DNA from: Squalus acanthias
Taxonomy: Eukaryota
DNA: 64,000 nucleotides
Reading direction: 5' to 3'
Assembly (NCBI GenBank): GCA_030390025.1
Contig: CM059432.1
Location: 135,656,001-135,720,000, forward strand
A model generated the notes under the pieces. That model ran no database searches, was not told the DNA's origin, and saw nothing but the letters and a program-made list of their open reading frames with translations. Position 1 is the first letter of the stretch. The number at the start of each line of letters is the position of its first letter. Shown here in pieces: positions 50,252 to 61,635 of the stretch. A program made the position numbers and the translations under genes.

Positions 50252-51425
50252 AGCACCTAGCCACATCGACCTCAAAGATTGTTTTCAGTCCTGCATGTTT
50301 CCCTTGCATTTCTAGGTTTATTTAAAATTTTTAATTTGTTTTCTTCACCACTTTTTAGAGCCCAAGTCTTAGGTAGGTCATGTGAAAGAATTTGACAAAT
50401 AGCCAAGATGGAATTTGATGGCAGCCATATTAATTCAGCGTGAAAATCCAATTGTGCATCTTGTTAGTGTTTATAATGACACATGCTGGATTCGGCAGGC
50501 TCTCAAAGGTGCATGTTGTTTATTCCAAATATTCTAAATTCACTAGGTTTAGACAATATAGAGGAGCTGACCCACCTAAAGCATTGGCTCCAATTTACCA
50601 AAGGTATTACTTGACTTTTACCATAATTTGCTTAATGTTAGATGTATGTTGGTGAGATTGGGTCGGGTAATGTTTGGCAATACAATTTTGGAAGCAACAG
50701 AAAGCAAGATAAATAGAACAATTTTGAGTATGAAAGTTAAACAGGGTACTGCAAATGTTTTGACACTGTATGCTGTATATACACTCAATTGAAGTAAATT
50801 GCACGTAATCAAGTAGTGAATTTTCCTGTAATTCACCTTAAAAAATAACTTGATCATACTGCCTGTCTTATATAACAAATCCAATATACCTTCAGGTTCT
50901 ACTTTTCAAATTCAATATTCCTTTAGATTCTACATTATTAAATTGATATTCTGTCAGGGCCTGTGACAGTTGACATCTTGGACACAACCACCGTAAGAAA
51001 CTAACTGCAAAGAAAATTCACCACCTTTATATAGATGTAAAAAAAAACCCTCATATTTCTTGGTGAATTTTATGTAAATCCAACCTCATTTGCTCAGTTG
51101 CAAAGCCTAGTGTACTGGAGCCTTGATGTCCAGGTTTATTATATCATCCAAAACCTGGATTGACTTACTGCCTTGTAATCAATCAGAAGGCATCCACATG
51201 TCCTCCATGCATTGCATTGAAACAGAAATGAAATATGTTTATGTTTAAAGCAACTATCCTTCCCAGGTTATGCATATTGATGGTAGAATCACCAATCCTG
51301 CTACTAACAATACTAATTTACACACTTAATCTGCTCAGTGGGCAAAGACCCTTTAATTAGTTAAAGTATGACAGTCAATCCGGCTTCTCTGACAGGCCAT
51401 AGATTCATGCCATGTCAGAGCTAAT

Positions 51426-52121
51426 GGCCTAGAAATTCAATTGCGCAGCACTTGTCTTTCGAGCGAACAACGGGAGCAGCAGGATCCAATATGGCGTGCG
51501 GTGCGTGTGCGCTCATTCTGCACCGGTAGTGCTCCGCACGCCATATTGGTTAGGGCAAAGTGCAGTCATCGAGGGAACCCACCTGAAACTGGTGTTAGGC
51601 CCAATTATAGTGCACACTGGGGGCTGCCTAATGCCGGTTTCACGCCCCTTTGTAAAATTTGCTCCTTACCGACTACAGCACGCGCCCTCCATGCTGCGGT
51701 CAGTTTTCTCAGGTGCATAACAGCCAAACCAGTGGTCTGTAGAGGCTGCCACTCGAACGGTAAGTTTAAAGCTTTTACTTACTTGAATGTGGAGCCAGGA
51801 GTGTGTTCCTCACGGCTCCATGTGAAAACTGTGGGCCGCTGCCAGCCACCATTCCCACCGCCCCCACCCCCCACACTCTCGATTGCTTCCCGCACCCCCT
51901 CGCGGAATCACCTGAGAACCTCGGCCGACGTTCCAACCCCCAATCATGCAACCCCCACCCCACGGTCGGAGAGATGCCGCTGGGGCCGTGACTGGCGCCC
52001 TCGGCTCGCCGGTACTCACCCTAATGAGGCTGGCGGACCTATTTGCCCTGGCACTGCCGCTGGCTTCATTGGCGCTGCACCAGGATCGCGCGCAATTCAG
52101 GCGCAATCCAATTCCTAGGCC
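51426..52121. mobile_element. GC-rich Harbinger-like MITE (696 bp)
   Basis: TIR GGCCTAGAAATTCAATTGCGC / GCGCAATCCAATTCCTAGGCC, same terminus as the 2109-2294 MITE. TSD not clear. Confidence 0.75.
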
Positions 52122-52332
52122 TACGCGTGTATTTCCATCTTGCCCCTCCACCATGACTCCTTGAATATATGGCGCAGGGTGAACTTTAAAGGGTCACAAC
52201 CCTTTACCAGTGTACCTAACCTTGGATAACTACAGATGCTATTCTCCTCCAACGCATTAAGGCAGATGAGATTGTGACACAGGGCACTCTTACGTGCATC
52301 ACGTCGGCGTCATGGTCACGTGTCCTGTACGA

Positions 52333-52372
<40 letters not shown>

Positions 52373-53577
52373 GGTGTGTCTAGGTTGGGCTGCTGACTCA
52401 AGGAGCTCCCAGCCCCGGCTCCTGATTCTCCTGTAAGTTTAACATGTTGTAGTTGATTAATGAAGCGTCGATACTTTCTGAAACGCATGGCTTCAACTAT
52501 CCTCCGAAGAGGTATCGACACAGAGATCTACTGGATTGTCCTGCGTGCAGCAATTCTATTGCTATTACCGCTAAAAAGGAAAAAAAATTACTTGGCCCGG
52601 TTGGGCTTTGGGGGGACTTCAGGCAGAGTGGGGATGAATTTCCCTGTTCACACCCGAGGAGGATTGCGACAGGAGCTCTGACCGCTGCCTTGACCTCGTT
52701 GTGGAGTGGGCCAGTGTCATTATCTGTGCAGGGCAGGATCCCCACTACCAAGAGGGAGCCTGACATTGTTGGAGAAGGAAATGTGGGCGCCGCTGCGGCG
52801 AGACACTTGCTACAGCGACAGAAGAGTGGCGACTGATGTTAAACGGGGCAGGAGCACCCAGAAGATCAGAAGTGTAATTGAAATTTAGGCCTCAGACTGA
52901 GTTAAGGCCTAAACAAGATCACCTTTTGGTGCCTGAGGAGAGGGAGAGGTGCCCACGACTGAGCCCTTTCCTTCCAAAAGGGGCATCAGTGGGCCTTCTG
53001 CAGCTTCCCCAAGACCTACTGCCAGCCCTCTCCTGGCAGTCCCTGGTGCCAGCAGTATCAGTGGCGGAAGAGAGGGAAGTTGGGTTGGTTACTGGATCCG
53101 ACCTCCCTGTCGTCCTTTACATGCAATGAGATGGTGACGGGTTAGCCCGCAGCGTTCCCTGCTAGGGTGGGGGAGCAAACGTTAGTTGTGGGGGGAACGG
53201 GATATGATGTTAGGCCTTGCCTCCCCCACTGTTTTCCACCATTGTCCTCCATTATACCACCATATTTGGATGGTATAACGGAGGAAAATCCAGCACCCTG
53301 TCTCCTGTCTGGCATTGAAAGATGAGTATGTCCAGGTAGCGGGAGGTTGATATTTCTGACTCATCCCTTCATATATTTCAGGTGTCTCCTCAGTTGACAT
53401 CAGTCTCTTGTGATGACCCTGTAGAGAAGCGTAGATTGGAGCTGACACCCTTTCTGCATGTCTTCATGGCTGTGACAATTCTTTGAATGTTGGATCTCCA
53501 GTGGCGACTGGCTCTATTGTCAACTCTTCTTCCGAATCTTCCCTCTGCTCCTCAGACAAGACGATATGGTTCCTTCC

Positions 53578-53700
53578 CTTGACAGCTCAGCTGGTAAAGC
53601 AGTGAGTAGCTGAAGCAGGCAGACCATAGAAATACCAGGTTTGACCCATGGCCTGTGCTGGATTCGTTGATCTCAGTTGGATGGTAGTCAGGGTGTGCAA
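53578..53700 (+). mobile_element. Family B SINE head
   Basis: A box-like AGCTCAGCTGGTA, B box-like GGTTTGACCC, then GTTGATCTCAG. Confidence 0.5.
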
Positions 53701-54164
53701 TCCTAAGATCCTGGATCTCAGTATCTTAGGGGCCCCAGCCATTTTATGGACCCTGAAATCCTATAATTTGCAAACTAAGAGTTTGGGATTACAGAAATCT
53801 ATAAGCCATAGTATTGTCAGCCACACCTCCAATATACAGGAACATCTTTGAGATAGTTTTTCATTTGTCTTTAGAATCCTGAAATCAAAATAAATCATGA
53901 CAAAAAGCAGGGATGAGATTATTTTTGCACCTGTGCAAAAAGTGATTGTTCCACCGTGTCCTGGCACAGTAATAGTCTGCCATGTCTGTGCCCTCCAAAC
54001 ATTAGAAATAATTAAAGTTCCTGCGTTGACTGAAATGAAGCTACAGGATTGGTCTGGAATTTCTGAGCCTCTGTAAAAAAAAAACTGAGGAGCATTGCTC
54101 TATTTTTGTCAGTACTAGTTCCTTATCCAGGCAGGTAACCTACCTGATCATGACCTGGGACTCC

Positions 54165-54475
54165 TAGGATGTGCAGGATTGAATCCCAGGATTACAATAG
54201 GATTGCGAACCCAAGTGACAGTAGAGACGCTACCATTGGCTTGAGCGCCATTGGACTAGAGAGAGGAAAAAAAAATCAGGCAGAGTTCCTGCTCATGATC
54301 ACCGTCCAATGCCCAATGCCCCTGCAATGTGCAGCTGTGTATGGTTGGGTGAGGACAGGATTGGGCTCAGTTGCGATGCCTCGCACAGTCAAATAGCTCG
54401 TGGACACATATATACACACACGCACATGAAGAATGACCAGGATCCAACCATACCCCAGTGAGGAGTCAACACCTT
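54165..54475 (+). mobile_element. Family B SINE-like copy
   Basis: AAAATCAGGCAGAGTTCCTGCTCATGATC...GGGTGAGGACAGGATTGGGCTCAG...CAGTCAAATAGC. Confidence 0.55.
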
Positions 54476-55844
54476 CAAGGAAATAGGGAGGCAGAGGAGG
54501 AAAGATTGGCAAAGAAAGGGGCGAGAATATAAAAAGACAGCAGAGTAACTTTTCGTCTTCACTTCATGGGTGTTAATCTGGCAGAGCGGATAACCCACCC
54601 GTTATCGAACATGTGGAATGAAAATCGGATGGTTTCCCTAATGTGTGGGCAAGCTGCTCTGACAGAGTACTGCTCATGTGGTGAAGACATAAATTTACCC
54701 AAGTAAGTTCTTCTCTAAAGATTCAGCCATTGGTCGGGATTGCAGATGTGAAGAGATGAATGTAGGGATTACGAAATGGGCATGATCTGAGGAGTTTTTT
54801 TGTTGTTGAAAGACTACCACATAATAATTTGAACCTTATTTTTTAAAAAATCTTTCAAGAATGCCGAAACAAAAGGATAATGAATATTATGTATGAATTC
54901 TAATATATAAAGTGATTATGTGATCCACATTGAGTTTGTAGGCTTTACAGGTGGTGATTATTTATATACAGCGAGTGCCATGATATAATCTAAATTAACA
55001 GAATCTAAGGATTCTGTGGTTTTAATCTCCAGCTTCCCTCAAAATATAAAAAATTAGTGGAGATCTCTGTTCAGCAAGTTATTATTTCTGTCTTGGTGTC
55101 ACACCTCCACCTTTGGTCTTCCATTTTAGACCTTTTTCTGGGTCATTTTTAAACAGTCAATCTTGTTAGATAATTTAGTTTTTTTCCTATTCATCAACAT
55201 CTTTGATAATATGGGGTGGTTTGTTTATTTTGTGGACAAGCTTGGACCCAGTCTTTTCAGCACTCGGACGTTGGGGATTCTAAGACCGCCCTCTTTATTT
55301 TTTACAGGTTGTTGGCTAGTGCATGCGATTCTTTCTTTGTGAAATGTGGCACTCACTTCTGTTATTTTGGCTGTCTGAACTTAACTGCAAAGCGAAATAC
55401 AAACAATGCCCTGTGGAAGCCTATATTTGTGCAGACTGTACTTGTTGGAAAAAGTGTCTCCTGCCCCACAAAAGACATTTTGCCTCCTACCCCAAGTCAC
55501 GACTGTATTGCCTTTATATATCAGTCATATCATTTAAGAAGGATTCATTACCCTCAATCTCTGTGTATAAACTAGCAATTCACATAAATTGATTCAGTAG
55601 GATCAATATGATCCAAATAGCCTCCATATTTGTAGCTAAATGATACAGAGCTGTTAGCAGAGATTATCATGGCCTATATATGTAGCGTCAGTGTGGAAAT
55701 GTGAAGTTTACATATATATTATTTTCATCCCACAAAAATGAATGTGTCCTGGTTTTTTTTAGCTTTCTTTGAAGCCATGCCATTCCTTGATTGAGAAACG
55801 GCAAGCATGTGATGGCTTCTAGGCCAAAGTCATTAGGCAGTAAC

Positions 55845-55981
55845 TTACTGTAACAGGGCATCCAACGGCATCTGCCGTTAGTTAGACTTGCCCTTGCAAG
55901 TTTAGGTTTTTACATGTTGTGCATGCCAAGTTGCTGAAAGTGCGAGCTGGTAACGGCGCCGTGAGGGAAACCGGGCATCTG
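55845..55981 (-). mobile_element. MITE fragment homologous to 15210-15340
   Basis: GGCATCTGCCGTTAGTTAGACTTGCCCT...TTGCTGAAAGTGCGAGCTGGTAACG is the reverse complement of 15234-15321. Confidence 0.75.
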
Positions 55982-56151
55982 TTACCAAGCTGCTAGGGGA
56001 TGTGAGAGAGTAGTATGGCTCTTCAGTTTTGTTATTTCCTTATAGGGAAATGCCTGCCATGAAATACTTGTTACCTTCCCTAGATGAAAGAAACAGAAAG
56101 AAGGGTTCCCACTCCTGGTCACTATCCAGTGACTTTTGCTGGGAAGTGCTG

Positions 56152-56574
56152 AAAGAAAAGAACAACCTTGCATTTTTATAGCGCCCTTTCACAACCTCAG
56201 GATGTCCCAAAGCGCTTTACAGCCAATGAAGTACTGTTGTAATGTAGGAAACGTGGCTGCCAATTTGCGCACAGCAAGGTCCCACAAACAAATGACCAGA
56301 CAATCTGATTTTTATTGATGTTGGTTGAAGGATAAATATTGGCCAGGACACTGGGGATAATTACCCTGCTCTTCTTCGAAATAGTGCCATGTGATCTTTT
56401 ACATCCTTGGTTTAACGTCTCATCCAAAAGGCAGCACCTCCAACAGTGCAGCACTCCCTCGGTACTGCACTGGCGTGTCAGCCGGGATTACAAACTCAAA
56501 CCTCTGGAGCGAGACTTGAATCCACAACCTTCTGACTCAGAGGCAAGAGGGCGACCCACTGAGCCACGGCTGAC
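56152..56574 (-). mobile_element. Deu-domain SINE, near full length
   Basis: Tail, Deu core and tRNA-like head all present. Confidence 0.9.
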
Positions 56575-57224
56575 AATTAATAGCATGGGTGAGACTCAAA
56601 GCGAGCCCTGAAGTGAATCCACGGAACTTCTCTCGTGCAAAAAAATGTCAGAACATGAAAATACTCAATAATGCCAGTTTAGCACGCCCAAAACCCCTGC
56701 TCTGGAAGTTGCACCAATCAGTGGCATTTCTGCAGTGCAAATTAAGCATCTTGATTACACTGGTACCTGTAATTATTCTGCTCACTCCGAGTATCAGTCC
56801 CTGATCCTTGGGTGTGTTTCACTTGGCACTAAGAATGACTCTTTTATGTTCCCCATGAATCTGCAGTGTTTACATAAGTACCTGGAATTACTACAACAGG
56901 CTCACTGCAGGTGGCAGTCACAAGTCTGCAGTCTTTACACAGCCACAGACCTTAAGATCTCTTAAATTCAATAATACAGATTCATAGAGGAAGACACCAG
57001 CATTATTATGTTAAGCCATCACACTGGCATCCTTTATTACTGGGAGACACGCAGAGAAATAAAATGCTGACTATAATGTCATGTTATGCATGCAGTACTG
57101 GCACAATACCAGTATCACACTGGTAAAAATAATTTGTAAAAAATAAAAATAAAAAGTGGAGAAAAATAATTTGGCCAGAGAGCTTTTCATATTGATAAAA
57201 TTTCTTTATGGGCAGTTTATATTA

Positions 57225-57528
57225 CTCCCAAACCCGTGATCTCTACCACCTAGAAGGACAAGGGCAGCAGGCGCACGGGAACACCACCACCTCCAAGTTC
57301 GCCTCCAAGTCACACACCATCCTGACTTGGAAATATATCGCCGATCCTTCATCGTCGCTGGGTCAAAATCCTGGAACTCCCTTCCTAACAGCACTGTGGG
57401 AGTACCTTCACCACAAGAACAGCAGTTCAAGAGGCAGCTCACCACCACTTCTCAAGGGCAACTAGGGATGGGCAATAAATACTGGCCTTGCCAGCGACCT
57501 CCACACCCCATGAATGAATTAAAAAAGA
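57225..57528 (+). mobile_element. 3' end of another non-LTR retrotransposon (CR1/L2-group)
   Basis: SFIVAGSKSWNSLPNS...FKRQLTTT C-terminal motif, AATAAA, and tail ATGAATGAATTAAAAAA. Confidence 0.75.
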
Positions 57529-57599
57529 ATTAACTGGAGTAAGTAGGGGACCATTACCCACACTTACGTCACCTTCCTGCTCAATCGCTTCAACACTGT

Positions 57600-58128
57600 C
57601 TTCGCTGAACTCACTAGTTCCACCCAACTCATCCAAACTTTGATGTTGAGATGCCGGTGTTGGACTGGGGTGGACAAATGTGAGAAGTCGCACAACACCA
57701 GGTTATAGTCCAACAGCTTTATTTGAAATCACAAGCTTTCGGAGCGCTGCTCCTTCGTCACCTGACGAAGGAGCAGCGCTCCAAAAGCTTGTGATTTCAA
57801 ATAAAGCTGTTGGACTATAACCTGGTGTTGTGCAACTTCTCACATTCATCCAAACTTTGTTATCCCACATGAAGCCCTGTTCCCCTATCATCTACATCCT
57901 CGTCCACCTTCATTGGCTCTCCGTTCAATGATGCATCAAATGCAAAATCCTTGCCCTCTTCTAATAGTCCCTCATATGCTTGTCTCTCCCGATCTCTGTC
58001 TTCACCTTCAAATCTACCTGCCAGTGTGCACCTTCCCTTTTTCTGATTCTGGCCTCCTTCGCATTCCCCTCACTCCACTCCATCTCTGGTGGCAGAGCCT
58101 CCAGCTGTCTTGGTTCTGTAGTCTGGAA
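57600..58128 (+). mobile_element. Degraded L2 fragment hosting the palindromic insertion
   Basis: CAACTCATCCAAAC...CCCTGTTCCCCTATCA...CATTGGCTC...ATTCTGGCCTC...GGTGGCAGAGCCTCCAGCTG parallels 47270-47645 and 49960-50030. Confidence 0.65.
57643..57845. mobile_element. Penelope-like element-derived inverted pLTR pair (palindrome) with hammerhead-like cores
   Basis: Arms of ~90 bp (57671-57760 / 57763-57852) with a 2-nt centre, flanked by the 14-bp direct repeat TCATCCAAACTTTG (57629-57642, 57846-57859). Confidence 0.85.
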
Positions 58129-58140
58129 AATGTTCATTTG

Positions 58141-58482
58141 GAGCACTCTTGCCCTCTGAGTTAGAAGGTTGTGGATTCAATCCCCTCACTCCAGGACTTG
58201 GGTACATAATCTAAGCTGACACTCTGCTATTGAAGGAGTGCTGTATTGTTGGAGGCGCCATCCTTCAGATGGGACGTAGGAGCTGAATTTCTTTTTAAAT
58301 GTGCCTATGATTTTTCTCTCAGGTTGCTCAGAGCAGTGTCCATAAGATTAATCTTTAATTCCTGGAGACTCCAGGATAATCCTGGAGGGTTGGCAACCCT
58401 AGTGATTATGCTTAATTAGATGGAAACTTCTTTAGGGTGTTCTGAGAATATGATAAAGCACTATATAAATTCAAGTTCTTTC
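58141..58482 (+). mobile_element. Fragmented Deu-domain SINE (head 58141-58278, tail ~58428-58482) with an intervening small MITE-like piece
   Basis: GCACTCTTGCCCTCTGAGTTAGAAGGTTGTGGATTCAATCCC head; GCACTATATAAATTCAAGTTCTTT tail; internal ...GGAGGGTTGGCAACCCT terminus. Confidence 0.6.
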
Positions 58483-59764
58483 TAACACACATTGTAATCT
58501 GAGCCACAATATTTGTGTATAAAGTTCAGTAATACTTATATATATATTTTTAAATGGACTGGATTTGGGCTGGGCCTACATTAGTTGTTCAGTCCTCCTG
58601 TGAAACAACTGAATACTTGAAAGGAACATTTTCTTGAATATATCGAAGTCAGGTTCCAAATAAAAGCCTGCGGCCTAGCCCCGTCACTCGCAATGTGAAT
58701 GGAATCACATACTTGCAAGTGACCCAAGGGAGGTCTATGCAGGTCTATGCTTAGATACTACATTAGCAGGAAAATAATTTGAAAGTGAACTGACGGAAGC
58801 ATTTGCATTTTTCAACGTAGCTGTGTAAAAACCCGACCCGAAGATTTGGAGAGAGTGGCTTCTGGAAGAAGGCATAATGCACAAATACCACAGGCATAAG
58901 AGAGTTAGGCCAGCTGAATCATGAGTTTTATTTTCCATAAACCACTAATTTCTGTTGTGTGTACAATTTGTTTACAGTATTTTTGCATATTTTGAAAAAA
59001 GACGTCATAAGGCTGTTGGCGTGCACTATGTTGTTATTTTTACAATAATATTGGCATCATTATTTCAATACATTTAGCATTTGCATGACTAATTGCATCG
59101 GCTCTAATGGGAAGAGTTATAGACCATTCTATAGGCCACATGCACTGTATAAAAGATTGTTACAGGTCCAAAGGGATTGAGGTTGTTTAGCTTAAGCGTG
59201 TTAAAGCCTTTGTTAAATTAGTGGACAAGAAATGTTATGCTAATACATTGAGGCATTTGTTACTGATATTGCACAGTGTGATCTGAACCCCAAAGAAGCC
59301 GCTGTCACAATGAGCTGACATAAATAATAGACACGCGGCGGCACAAAACCAAATAGCCAATAATTAAGACATTTTCAAGCGATTACATCCGTGAAGTAGT
59401 AAGTTATGAAATAATATTGCGAGGCCTAATGACAGGAAATTAGGAATGACAAGTTAAAGATAAACAGGTCAAGACACATCAGCAGTGGTCGGATGATGAT
59501 TCAGAGGGATCGCTGTGTCACATGAACAGTTTATCCATGTTGCTACAGTAGGTCTGCACGCCAAGAGCAGTGTAATAATTTATTTAAAAAGGGAAAAAGA
59601 TACTTTGGCACGCAAAGCATCCTGCCACAGCCACGACAGCCAAAAGATTCAAGGAAAATAATAGAAACAAACAGGTGCTGATAATGCAATGGTTGCAGCC
59701 CAATAAGTCATAGGTCTTTGCTTGCTAGATAATTGAGGCCTGTACCATGTCCAGTGCAACGACA

Positions 59765-59950
59765 GCAACAACTCTTTTATTAACATAAATTAAAACGTCC
59801 CAAGGCCCTTCACAGGAGCATTATCAAACAAAATTTGACATCGAGCCACATATGGAGATATTAGGGACAGGTGACCAAAAGCATGGCCAAAGAGGTACGC
59901 TTTAAGGAGCGTCTGAAAGGAGGAGCGTGAGATAGAGAGGCGGAGAGATA
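59765..59950 (-). mobile_element. L2 3' end
   Basis: Reverse complement of 50070-50250 (GACAGGTGACCAAAAGCATGGCCAAAGAGG...TTTAAGGAGCGTC). Confidence 0.8.
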
Positions 59951-60327
59951 TTGTACACCAGTACAAGCATTGGGACTGTAGTGCAGGAAGGAGGGGCCCT
60001 AATGAAATGAACCTCTTTTCTTACACGGTGGTCTTCCTGCTTCTCTCCCACCATCTTCTACCTTCCTCGGGCAGGCAAAACTGCCAATGCTCCGTGAACA
60101 CCCATCAGCCCTTCACCAGTTTCTGGTACCAGAATTTCCAGCCCCCATCCCCTGGTGCTCCTCGCATGTCATGAGTGATGGATTTGGAATGCTAGAAAAA
60201 TATCCAAATGAGCAAACCTCAAGTTATTGTCTGCGCTTGAAGTGCCCTGAACAATGCCAACATTGGTGGTGCCATGTGGGGGCTGCTATGTCAACCCTGT
60301 ATTGTTTATGATTTGGAGCAATCGTAA

Positions 60328-60783
60328 GGATAAGGACTGAGGGACTTCAGTTACATGGAGCGACTAGAGAAGTTGGGATTGTTCTCCTTAGAGCAGAGAA
60401 GGTTAAGGGGAGATTTAATTGAGGCGTTCAAAATCATGAAGGGTTTTGATATAGTAAATAAATAGAAACTGTTTCTACTGGCTGGACAGGCGGTAACCGG
60501 AGGACACAGATTTAAGGTAATTGGCTAAAGAACCAGAGGGGAGATGAGGAGAACTTTTTAACGTAGCATTGTTGTTATGATCTGGAATGCACTGCCTGAA
60601 AGCGCAGCAGATTCAGTGGTAAATTTCAGAAGGAAATTGGATAAATACTTGAAGGGGAGAAAAATGCAGGGCTGTGGGGAAAGAGCGGGGGAGTGGGACT
60701 AATTGGAGAGCTCTTTCAAAGATCCCTCACAGTACGATGGGCCGAATGGCCTCCTTCTGCGCTGTATGATTCCATGATTCTAT
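60328..60783 (+). mobile_element. CR1 3' end
   Basis: GAGGGACTTCAGTTACATGGAGCGACTAGAGAAG...GGGCCGAATGGCCTCCTTCTGCGCTGTATGATTCCATGATTCTAT; collinear with 14410-14860. Confidence 0.9.
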
Positions 60784-61190
60784 AAAACAGGTAGTTTTAG
60801 AATAAAAGAAATGACAGTGTGTTTCATCAAAATAAATGAAACCTTGATGGTAATCAGGAGACCAAATATTGTTTTAAATAAAATGTAAACTCGCCAAATA
60901 TGGTCCAGCCGCACTGATGTGTCATTGTGCTGTACCACGGAGGTAGGATGGGGGTATGCAATGCTCCACAGAGTAGCCTAGATTCTCCTCTTATTGGTGT
61001 AGTTTCAACTCAAATAGTTCTTGGAGGGTTTTAGACAGACTCAAATGGAAGTGTGGTGTTTGCTATCAAATTTCCACGGTCAGCTCTGAACTTCAGGTGC
61101 AGATTTAAATGGGCTCAGGGAACACACGAGTGCTGGAAGCGGCGCATGGCATGGAAGGGAAATTTAAAGGGTTAAAGGGGAGAATTAAAG

Positions 61191-61635
61191 AAGAAAGACT
61201 TGCATTTATGTAGCACTATTCACACCATCAGGACGTCCCAAAGTGCTTTACAGCCAATGAAGTATTTTTGAAGTGCAGTCACTACTGTAATATAGGCACA
61301 TTTGGCAGCCAATTTGTGCACAGCAAAATCCTACAAATATGCAATGAGATAAATGACTGTTTTGGTGTTGTTGGTTGAGGGATAAATGTTGGCCAGGACA
61401 CCGCCCCTACACTTCTTCAAATAATGTAATGGGATTTTTTTACGTCCACCTGAGAGGGCATAAAGGGCCTCGATTTAATGTCTCACCTGAAAGATGGCAC
61501 CTCCAGCAGTGCAGTACTCGCTCGGTACTGCACTGAAGTTCATCCTAGATTACGTGCTCAAGTCTTTAGACTGGGGCTTGAACCCATCACCTTCTGGCTC
61601 AGAGGCACGAGGGCTTCCACAGACCCAAGGCTGGC
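61191..61635 (-). mobile_element. Deu-domain SINE, near full length
   Basis: Collinear with the 56152-56574 copy. Confidence 0.88.

Noticed and set aside
51441-52154. 225-aa ORF and overlapping ORFs
   Set aside because: Confined within a GC-rich TIR element, with no recognisable domain; a lack of stops is expected at this GC content.
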